Below, piece by piece: positions 53,837 through 64,000 of a DNA stretch of 64,000 nt. The notes below the pieces were generated by a model that saw only the letters and a program-made list of their open reading frames with translations, searched no databases and was not told the origin of the DNA. The position numbers and the translations under genes were made by a program. Position 1 is the first letter of the stretch. Each line of letters starts with the position of its first letter. Source of the stretch: Tubulanus polymorphus (Eukaryota; Animalia; Nemertea). The stretch covers positions 1,635,950 through 1,699,949 of the forward strand of contig NC_134026.1 in assembly GCF_964204645.1 (NCBI RefSeq), in the 5' to 3' direction.

Positions 53837-55388
53837 CAAATTGGGCTTAGCTCAGCCTGGTCTTTATTCTCTCTACAAGTCCAGACTAAGCGAGTGGACC
53901 CCGATTAAGAGATGCACATCAAACCATCATCAGTGCATTTATACTCTGTCTCTGTATTATTATATTAATATATATAGTAATAATAAGATTATTATTATAA
54001 ATGATGATTTTTGTGTTGAGTGTAAATGATAATGATGTAGACTATTTTTGATTAGGGTCGATATATAAGTGTATAATAATGACAACCAGTAACTGAGATA
54101 AACACAAGTGCAATCAGTTTTGTAATGAAGATTTATAAAGAGCATTAAGGTATAATTGATCGTGAATCCTGTGTAAATGCCGGTTATAACTGAGATTTTG
54201 GATTTTCTGTTCTGGACTGAACATCCAGTACTGGTTTTATAGATAACCGTGGATTTAACTGTCAAATTCAAAGATGTTCATTGAATGAATATAGTTCATA
54301 CCCTTCTAAGATCGAGTCCAGTGTTCATTGTCGTCAAAGCCCTTTAGGTTCCCCTTAACAGCATCATCATCTTAAATTTTATCTGGTATCAGAGCTGTAA
54401 TACTAATAGTCAATGTTTTATTTATTTATCCACCCGTTTTGAGGTATGTGGGTGTCATCAATGAGGCTTTGTTTATACTGTTATATTTATATTTGGGCGG
54501 CATTTTTTATCTGTAAGTTATGAATGATTCAGCAAAAGAAAATAATAGCCTTCTATTACATATCAATGGATTGATTGTATGTAACTGACTAATATCTAAT
54601 GGGTTCCGAGGGTTCGTTCGACTGTCTTTTAATCGGTTACTTTTCGCTCTTATTTTCATCATAGAAGTATTATATTTCACGGGATGTATAATCACTTCTA
54701 TGTTTTCACGTGTAAAAGAAGACCAAGTTGCTGGCTGGCTGTGTACATACATATAAACTGTATGTAACTGCTCTGTTTTATAATATTATTATATATTTAT
54801 TCCCATCTGAAGAATAAAATGTCTGCCTAATATATATTAAACGCTTGTTAATCGTCGTTGTCTTGGATTGCAGATAGGACGGACCTGACTATGCCTCTTC
54901 AAGAGTAATTTCTACCCTTTTTAAGAGCTCAACTTCTCACAGAAATATGCACATCAGAACACTTTGTAGTTCCTTTTTAATTGATTTGATGTCAAAAGTA
55001 CTCTCATATTTAGTCAGTGCTAGAGATCTATATGCGGTAGTTTAATTTGTTCTGCAGTGGAGAGGATTCCATTTAACATACGGTACGTCTTTGAGAGTTT
55101 CGAAGGATGATTGAGTAGCGGGTTAATGAATATATTGACCCCATCCAAAACATCAACTGTAGTCGATCTGCCGCCTTTGAACCTCCTATCGATTCCCCAA
55201 AACTAAGATTGGAATTGTCTATACCCAATTAATCAATAAATATGCCCCGTGAGCGCCAATTCTATCAATTGAGCCCAACTTCACAGGAAGTGAGTCCAAT
55301 TTGAACTCGTTAATTAGTTAATATTTCACTCTGTTTTGAGCGAATGGTGCGCGGAACTCGGTTCCTAGTCTTTCGTTGAAAAAGTTCA

Positions 55389-58300
55389 ATGAAACCGTTG
55401 ATATTGTTGTCCCGAAGAATGGTGCTGATGATGTACACGCAGCAGAGATCAGTGACGTTCTTGATCTTATTGATGCTGATAATACCATCGTTGATTGCAG
55501 CGGCAACATGCGACAATCAAACGGCCGACAATCCACTCAAAGAACGATGTCACTGCGAAGGTTTAGTATAAAGATATACTTGGCTTTTATAAGAGAAGCC
55601 TGTATTCGTTGCATAAGAATCACTCACTTATGGGCAGTTGCAGGAATGAAAGTGAAAGTTAAAAACGATAAATTATTTCTTGCAGAAGGGAAATGTGTAG
55701 TTTGCCATTATCCGTTTAATTGTCGTTCCGACAACGACTGTGCTGAAGGGAGCACTGGACCTGCTTGCGAAAAGTGTCTATCGAAAAATGACGAAGACGA
55801 TTATGCAGGTAAAAACGGAACCACTTTCGCCTGAGGCTGAGTTCTCGCACTCGGCTGCTCCCTATCCATACACACACGCTTGATTAAAGCGTCTATGTCA
55901 TTTAACTTTTAATGATGAAAGAGCCGTATTCTAGAAAAAATGTCATAGCCAAAAAACACTGCGCGTGCCGGAATTTATATATCTTTTCAGGATACTTCAG
56001 ATGGGGAAGCCGTTGTGTGAATTGCCTCTCCATCACGTGGAGTGTTGCCGCGGCTCCACTGATTATACTTGTCATTCTGTTTGCTTCAATTCTCATCGGC
56101 TGGTCGGTCTCGACGACTACTAAGGTTTGCGTTGCATAATATCGTCAATAACGAGTCGAATTGACATATTCATGAACGTATCGGACGGCTTTGGAGCTGT
56201 TTTTAGCTTCTCCTCTCCGAGGAAATAAGATTATCCCACCCCATAAGTCTCTATTAGGAATCCCATACACGTCAGATTACTTTTGACGGTTCATTTAAAG
56301 CTAAATAACCTACTTGCCCTGTAACATTGATAATTAATCTGTTGGAAGCCTGTAGAATCTGAATGACCATGGTTCGATCCCCAACGATTTAAAGAATGAC
56401 TTAAAAAATCTGAATTGCTGATAAAATTAAATATCCCAGTTCCGCGGAAAGAAATTGACCTTTTTCAAAACTGATACGTATATATTATTATAAATTCACC
56501 AGAAAGTATTAGGTATTTTAAGTAAATAATTTCTTGTTTTCATATCTATCGTGCAAAAATTCGTCTGCGTCAGATTTAGTTTACCGTCTGGTAGTATGAT
56601 GGCAGCACTTTCCACTACTACACCACCCTAATCCTAAATTCGTATGAATTACATAAAAACAGATCGGTTTTGATATGTTTTCAGTTGAAGCAATTGATAC
56701 ATTTTCTCCAACTATATACGATGTCGTTTTTGATGCGAGTTCCCTGGAAATCGTTTATGCAGGAATCAAACATACAACTTACGTACATGAATATGCAAAC
56801 TATTTTCTCCAGTCTAGGTATGAATAGTTGATCCCATTTCAATTAAAAGATATTAATCAACACTTGAATTGTCCCAATATAAAACACAATATGATTTCAT
56901 TCAAAGGAAAACATGTGAACATCGATTCGGTTTCAAGCCGCTTCAATTCAGTAAAATTGTCTATTTCATAGATTCACCCAAGTTAAACCCGAATTCGTTC
57001 ATTTATTGAATTCATTAGATTTTTTACATGTTTGTAGAATGTTACTTTCGTTTACCAATGAGACTCGTCTACGTAGAAGCGTGCGGTATCCTTGTATTCA
57101 TGGCTCTTATTTCTGGCGGTTTTATCATCGGAAACAACTTTCTGGTAGGACTAATCACTCTTGCTCCGATAGGTTGTATATGCATAACCTGTTCGGATGA
57201 GGAAGACAATGTTTCGATACCCTTAACTCAAACTTATATACATATACCATTCCAATAAATGCATAATTCCATTGAAAAAATAGGGATTGAATTTCAGAGA
57301 AAACTGAATAAATTCGATGCAGAAACTATCGATAAACAGATCGTATTTCGACGTTTGGGGATGTTATGTTTAATAACCCTTTACGGCCCGACTGTAGTGA
57401 CTTGTGTACGTGTTTGGTCCTGTTCACACAGAGATGACGATAAGGTAAAATCAATTAGAATTTAAGAAAAACAATTACACATTTTCAGTGATATTCAATG
57501 AAGAAAATCATTCTCGAAATTTCTTTATTCACTTAGATTTTCGTTCTTAATACGACGGACGTTTTTTTACACGATCACACGCTTAATTGCGCTGACTGGT
57601 CATTTCAGGTGAGTTGAAATGTGGATATTAAGTTCCTGTTGTAAGTCTGAAAGTCATATACGCAAATCCTTAGGGAGTTCTTTTCGAATGATTTTTAGTA
57701 TGTATGAAATGGTTGTTTATTTTAGATCATGTCTGTTCTATCGACGATTTGTTTCGCTTTCTATTTGATGCTCGGGCCGTTAATGATCATTTACGGTACA
57801 TTGGTGTGGAGAAAATGGCATAAACTGATCGAACATTCGAATAAATATGGGTACGATCTCATCGCCAATGCGCGTTCGTTTGAAATAACTACTGGCCCTG
57901 GTCGCTCATGGACGTCTCCTCTCTTATACAGGGTATTGTATGAATCGTATAACCCACAAGCATGTTTTTGGGAAGCTGTGCCTGCCTTGAGAAAATTAAC
58001 ACTAGTAATAACTACTGATGTTTTCCCGTCAATCCTGTGAGTTCAAAAGCAGTTCATTCTAGTTTCTATATCATATCGATACGGTTCTATGCGAGTTTCC
58101 ATTTCGCAATCATGCTGGAACGATTTCTTGTTTTTGTAGGCCTCTTTACCAAATCATAGGTAATTTATTTGTGTCGGTTTGTTATTTGTTTTTGGTTCTC
58201 GCATTCAGGCCTTACGTGTAAGTATATTTCGTAATACAATAGGGGGGGAAATGAGTAGATGATAAAATAACGGAAAGAGAGATGCAGGCTCGAAAATCGA

Positions 58301-58804
58301 AAAATGATATCCTATTTTCACTTTCAGCCACTATAGTTATCGAATAATGCCACATTTTAGTGTCATGAATGTATTTGAAGTAAGTCTGAATTAAATCTCT
58401 CTCACATCGTAAATATATCGCAGTACCATAAAGCAACGCTGTCTATAATTACTCGTTTACAGGTTTTGTCCAGTTTATGTCTCTGTTACGTTCAAATACT
58501 CGCATTGTTACTGGTGCTGTCTACAGATATACCATTCTGGCTGGACGTCACTGCTGTAACTCTAGCAGCGACTACCGTCACCGTTTGGTTTGTGTTTTTC
58601 CTTCTGACGAGAATGGAATTAACGGACGACTTGGCAGACGATACGACAACCGATAATGATAGCGAATGCGGGGGAGAACATCTTACTTTAACCTTGTCCA
58701 AACAGAATAGAATATTAGTGGTCGCGTCGAAGCATGCTCCAGACCTGAGCGCTAGTAAGCTGGAAGCTACGCCTGTTTATGGTCTACCTGTAGTTCAGAC
58801 CTAG
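55389..58804 (+). CDS. Cys-rich ectodomain + multipass membrane protein (exons approx. 55389-55560, 55686-55808, 55991-56124, 56685-56817, 57038-57210, 57298-57444, 57537-57608, 57726-58036, 58140-58217, ~58424-58804)
   Basis: Signal-like FLILLMLIIPSLIAA; RCHCEEGKCVVCHYPFNC..CAEGSTGPACEKC..GYFRWGSRCVNC; KQLIHFLQ..VPW; LYESYNPQACFWEAVPALRKLTLV; LAFRPY; many hydrophobic segments. The last junction is uncertain. Confidence 0.75.
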
Positions 58805-59277
58805 ATAATAACTCCTCAGAAAACAACCACCATGATATCGGGGATTCATTCATCGTCTTGTGCAACGTATTCGAAGATAACTCTGGGGATGGTTCCACGG
58901 GATTAAAAGACCTGCAGGTCCAAAAAATATAGATGGTTATAATTTGATGGGCATGTTATGAGGTCCAATAAGTCTATACAGGGTATCCGGTCACTGGATC
59001 TACGAGAAGCTCATTAAGTCGACAAAGTTGAATCCAATCCTCAATGATTCAGAAGAAAACTATGTATTTTGACTGATTTGACTGGTTTATTTTCCATGTA
59101 GTTTTCAGTTGTTGTTTTTGTTAAGTCACAGATACACTTATTGATAATAATTAAACAATATTTACACTAATGCAGATATAGATACACACTAATTAATAAC
59201 AGTTTCTTTATTTCAGTTCTTCAGTAAATTAACTTATGATGTTAACTATTTCCTGTACTTATAAACTCATAGCAGTA

Positions 59278-59520
59278 CAGGGGCGGATCTAGGGTCTGAT
59301 TCAGGGAAGGGTGCACCCCAAAATAGGGCGCATCATATACCTGGTAATCAAAAAGGCACATCGAAAGAAAGCCCATCGCAAAACATGAACTTATTTTTGG
59401 AAATACAGAGAACAAGCTTATGAATTTAAACAGTTTAGATATTCTTAATTTTCCTGTAAAATTTCAGGGCAATTTTAGGGGGGTTGCATTTCCCTGCACC
59501 TCTCCTTAGATCTGCCCATG
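59278..59520. mobile_element. hAT-type MITE with 8 bp target-site duplication
   Basis: TIRs caggggcggatcta / tagatctgcccatg; flanks tagcagta (59270-59277) and cagcagta (59521-59528), 7 of 8 identical. Confidence 0.8.
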
Positions 59521-60505
59521 CAGCAGTACAGCAGACATGACCCTACTCAGTACTGGGTTGTTGTCAAATTAGAATTACAAATGTACATTCCTAAGCTGAT
59601 TTCCAAACCTTAGCTAACCATGTTGCAACTCGAGTAAGGTGCAATCTACTGTGTATGAATTACTCGCTAATTACCAAGAAAAGAGTTGACTATTTTATCT
59701 CTTGAATCGACGTCTTTCAAACTATTAAGAAAGCGATGCCAGAAAATCTAATAATATACAATTAATATTGATACCGATATTAAACTAATTAAGTACAGAA
59801 AAATAAATTTCAGAAAACTAAACTCGAACGTTACCGTTCACTTTCTAGCATCACATCCCGATGTCATGGAACCGTTTTCAGTAAGAAAGAGTATTTCAAA
59901 TGCTTTTTCATAAAGTTTGATGTTGATTTCATTTTAAACATTCTGCGAAATCGTTTTTATCCAATGTTTTTAGACGTCTATACGGTCGAACCAACACGAT
60001 GATTTAGTCACAATCGGTACTTGTGACCTTCATTTGAATACATGAAATTAAGAGAATTTTCAAACAAATTTCACCATATTAAAATGCATTTCGAATATTA
60101 GAAAAAAATTTCTGATTCAGAATCAATGAATCGATTAAATTCAGACAGTAGTTGTCTCGATATTTCGCCACATTTCACGATACAGATTCACTGTAAAACT
60201 AAACATTTAGCATTCTAGCTATAGTTCGTAAACAAGCATATGCAGCGTTTCTCTTACACTCATTAATGATCTCGTTATTAATCCGCTATAACTATCTATA
60301 AACACTGGAATATTTGCAGATTATCTCTTTAGATATTACGTAAAACCTTGAATATTCATTTTGCAATTTTACGGATGTAAACAGTCTTTCCAATACGTCG
60401 TTATTCGCTGCATTACATGCAAACAGTCACTTTCCGAAGCGAATATCACGGTAGCGAACACAGCGCGATCACAACCAGTAGCCCGCATGTACACGGCCAC
60501 TGTGG

Positions 60506-63500
60506 TCAGGACTGTCGACAGACGCTGAAGCTGAATTTCCTAACGTTTATTTTGCTCTTGGTCGAAGTCTTTTTCTTGGCTGGTTTGTCGCTATTCGTAG
60601 ATGAAGAAGGAACAGGTTCCACCGGTACTGCCACTGGTTTCGCGACAGGTTCTGAAAACGATAAGTGAAACCATCATCAAATAATATAACCAGGGTATTC
60701 ACTGTGCTACTGCGCGTCCCTACAGATCAGTCATTCCTAGATATAAGGAGTTTAAAGGAGAAAATTTCAAATTTCCAGGAAGACTACCTATGCTCGGTTT
60801 CAAATTTGGCAAAAAAAATCCCAACTGTACTGATTTATGCATACATAGTTTACTGTACAACTACAAACTAGACCGAAATTTCTAATTGCCTAAATCTCTA
60901 AATTAATTGACAGAGTTTAAAAGTTTTGTGCATTTTGCACGATTTAAAGGAGTTTCAAGCAGCTTTAAAACCATTTTCCATTTAGAAGGAGTTTTTAAGG
61001 AATCCAGGAGTCACAGGGACTCTGCTTACAATTATAAGGGTATGTCTACAGTAGATGAGTCGATAGCCTTGGATCATCACGTGTGTCTACGACAATATAG
61101 TAAATATTTTCTAACTCGAATTCATGATATAAGACCTTTTGTTGCTCTTACAGCCCTAGAATTCACAGACCTTGGAGAGAATCTATTGGTCCCACAACAT
61201 CTGAGGCAAACAGAGTCCGGTTTCACGAAAAGTTTTAACTCTTAAACCGATTTAAGGTAAAATGAATTGATGAAGAAATTAAATCGACTGAAACCAGAGT
61301 CTACCTCATCAACATTACTATTGACCCCTCAAAGTGCAAATTAAGGTGTTTATCAGCTCTCCCTCTCTACCCATCCTTGAAATTTTCATTTGAGTGGGAA
61401 ATTGATTGAAAAAATGCCTTTCCTAGATGTTATAATAAGAAGTCTCATTTAAAATTTTCTATATTTAGAGACCGGCAAATTATGGCCTTTTTTTCCATCC
61501 GACTAAGTGTGATTATACCGGTCCTAACCACGAGGAGGCACGGTACTCCAGAGGCAAGGTCATTTGTTGTCACATTAACTCACGTTGAGTGATATGATGA
61601 TCTTGGTTTATATAAAATTCGTCTTCGTCTTCGCTTTCGTCTCCATCACAGCAATGTAAATTTTCTAGATATGGCACAACAGTAGTAGCACAGACGCCTC
61701 CAGCTTCGAGGTCTTTACCATAACTCATTGATACCGGAGCACTCGTTGATTCATGGTACTCCCGAAACCAACTGCAAATCAAATCGCTTTAGATTAAAGG
61801 AAGCACTTTCACCGATCAATTATGAGTTTCCAGTGGTGAGGTTAGTGTTCAGTGGAAATTTCACATCTTTTTCACATAAAAATTTTCAAAATATTGAACA
61901 TTCGTTATATAGAATATAGCGAGAAACAGAGTTTAATAAACTATTGAATATGAACTGAGTAAAAGGTTTGAGCGATGACTGAAATATAAACCCAGATCAC
62001 TTGCAGTTTTTACACAATCTAGCATTCAGCTGTTTTCATCACTTACTCATGCTCTTTGATTTCTTTGATGCCCATTCTTTTAGCTGCATCATATTCTAAC
62101 ATTCCTACAAAAATAAAGATTACAACTGTACTTAAATAACCGGGCACAAGTGAACCAAAAATCAGATGCTCGCTTGCTTTTACCTTTTAAAAGTGAAATG
62201 AGTAAAGGTGGCAGATCATCGGGTATCGTATACTCTCCTTTACCTATATTCTCAAACAGTTTATATATATTGTCACCTTCGAATGGATATTTGCCCGTGG
62301 TTAAATTGTAGCTAGAAAAAGAGAAACACAAGGGTCAAATGGAGCCAGAAATTTCATACCGCTTCTAGACGAGCCGCTTCATTCGCAGGACACAATACAT
62401 TGACTACCAGTGCAGGCCAGTTGAATAAGCCGAAGAGCAACGGGGCTTTGAGATACACAAACTCTCACAACTTCCATGTAAGGTGGACCAGAAGGTTGTA
62501 TGAAGATCAAGCATTCTCAGTATGCAGCGCGAGATTGTAGATAAGGTTAAGCACGGGTAGACACAGAAAGGCGCTTTACAAATTGCTCGAATTATTATCA
62601 TTACAGCCAATATGTATCAGATAATTCATCCCTTAGGTAAGCTTTACATCTAGGTACAACTTTCAACCCTAAGCTTTGACTGGTATATTTATATGAATTC
62701 ATTAAACTTACAGTGTTACTCCCGTTGACCATATGTCCACTTTGAAACCCGAAAAAGTTTCATCACCATTTGCAATCTCGGGCGGTTGAAATGCAGGTGA
62801 ACCTTGACTAGTTCTACAAGTATCATCAGGGTTGAACATATCTAGAGCCTGAAAAATCATGAATTCAAAATGCTTGAAATAGAAAAGAAACAATGTGAAA
62901 TGTGACAATCCTACAACTAATACACACCTCTGCTACACCAAGATCAGTGATCTTTAGTTTTTCACTGAAAGACAGTAGAAGATTTCCAGGCTTAATATCT
63001 TTATGTACTATGCCTTGAGAATGTAAATATTCTAGCCCTTCTATAAGTTGACAAAAATACCTGAAAATAAAAAAAGAAAGTGAATATTAGATGCCAGGTT
63101 AGTTATTTTCTATCAGAGATCGGGTGAAAACAGATGTAAAACGTATTTTACCCGTGGGTTTGCCAAATAGGGAATTTCTTATCGGGTGCATGCTCTAACA
63201 TTTCCTGTAAGACGGCAACACAAAGCTCCATCACCATATACCTGATTAACGTTATTAAGGTCTATGAAACACACATTTATGCAATTTGAACAACATCCAC
63301 TTTATGGACTCAGAAATATTGACTGGTAAACAATAATTAACAGGTGAAAGGATACATTTTCTGTTTTTCTTCATTGTATAAGACTTCGATAAGTTCGATC
63401 ACATTCGGGTGTTGAAGTCTTTTTAATAGACGAATCTCTCTGCAATAGATAAATCTGAACATTGTAATACTGTCACAATGAGCTTTGATTTTGGACCCCA

Positions 63501-63916
63501 GAATCATTTGACAAGCCCTCTCTGATTTATGGGCGTGTCAAATTCGAAAACCTGCATTTAATGGCGTTTTACCTTTGGACATTTTGTTCACCGTTTGGAA
63601 TTTTTCTTAATTTCTTCTTTTTCAATATTTTAACGGCGAGTCTACGTAACGTTTCAGTATCGAGCACCTCTTTAACCTTGCCGTACGAGCCCTCTCCGAG
63701 AACGTCACCCATCAGGTATTTACCGATCAGTTTCGCTCTCTTTTTACGCGGTTGGTAAATGATTTGGTCGGAGTCGACTCGATGGAAAAACATGTTATCG
63801 AATGGTTCATCGTCTCGTAAGAAATCGAGCTCGTCGATGTTACACAGCATTGGATGTTGATAATCGTCATTTCCCAACGCGTATGCTATATCCTGCTCGT
63901 GATGCAGAGCTGCCAT
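60506..63916 (-). CDS. STK11: Serine/threonine kinase LKB1 (exons approx. 63916-63573, 63439-63356, 63241-63152, 63060-62928, 62848-62712, 62311-62183, 62103-62047, 61771-61584, 60651-60506)
   Basis: [41 protein letters not shown]; [11 protein letters not shown]; [20 protein letters not shown]; [18 protein letters not shown]; TTVVPYLE; C-terminal [11 protein letters not shown] (CaaX). Confidence 0.97.
61365..61475 (+). mobile_element. Penelope-like reverse transcriptase fragment in STK11 intron
   Basis: [14 protein letters not shown], frameshift, [15 protein letters not shown]; resembles the PLE RT motif HPxIKFTxExExxxxLPFLDVxI..xxxVYRK. Confidence 0.65.
63242..63355 (-). other. U12-type (minor spliceosome) intron, GT-AG subtype, STK11 intron 2
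   Basis: 5' site GTATCCTTT; branch-like GACCTTAAT shortly before the terminal CAG; no polypyrimidine tract; interrupts the KQKM/YMVME Met codon. Confidence 0.85.
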
Positions 63917-64000
63917 TTCTCAACAAAGCTCCGCAAAGCACGAGAATAATTATTTAATACAAAAACACGAAAATACAACGCTTGTATTTTGACATTTCTA

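Noticed and set aside
55376-55834. 152 aa ORF in the track
   Set aside because: Chimeric reading across an intron; the plausible first exon is the 55389 frame with a signal peptide, spliced at 55560/55686.

Overview
Eukaryotic (invertebrate animal), AT-rich genomic DNA with compact spliceosomal introns, so the ORF track mostly shows exon fragments. Gene order: 3' end of a TACC gene (+); a cluster of small non-autonomous transposon-like repeats; Slingshot phosphatase SSH (+); an orphan single-pass glycoprotein with N-x-T/His repeats (-); a Penelope GIY-YIG relic; two tandem intronless rhodopsin-class GPCRs (-), the second a double-frameshift pseudogene; TFB1M (+); IFT172 (-); a Dapper/DACT homolog (-); a small protein with a paralemmin-like CKCCVVM lipid anchor and two alternative first coding exons (+); a Cys-rich multipass membrane protein (+); and STK11/LKB1 (-). 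The most notable observations are a DACT-family gene in what looks like a non-chordate genome, a GT-AG U12-type intron in STK11 at the position of the human AT-AC intron, a hammerhead-ribozyme core inside an intronic inverted repeat, and the uncharacterised CaaX and multipass proteins. All exon boundaries were read by eye and no database searches were run.
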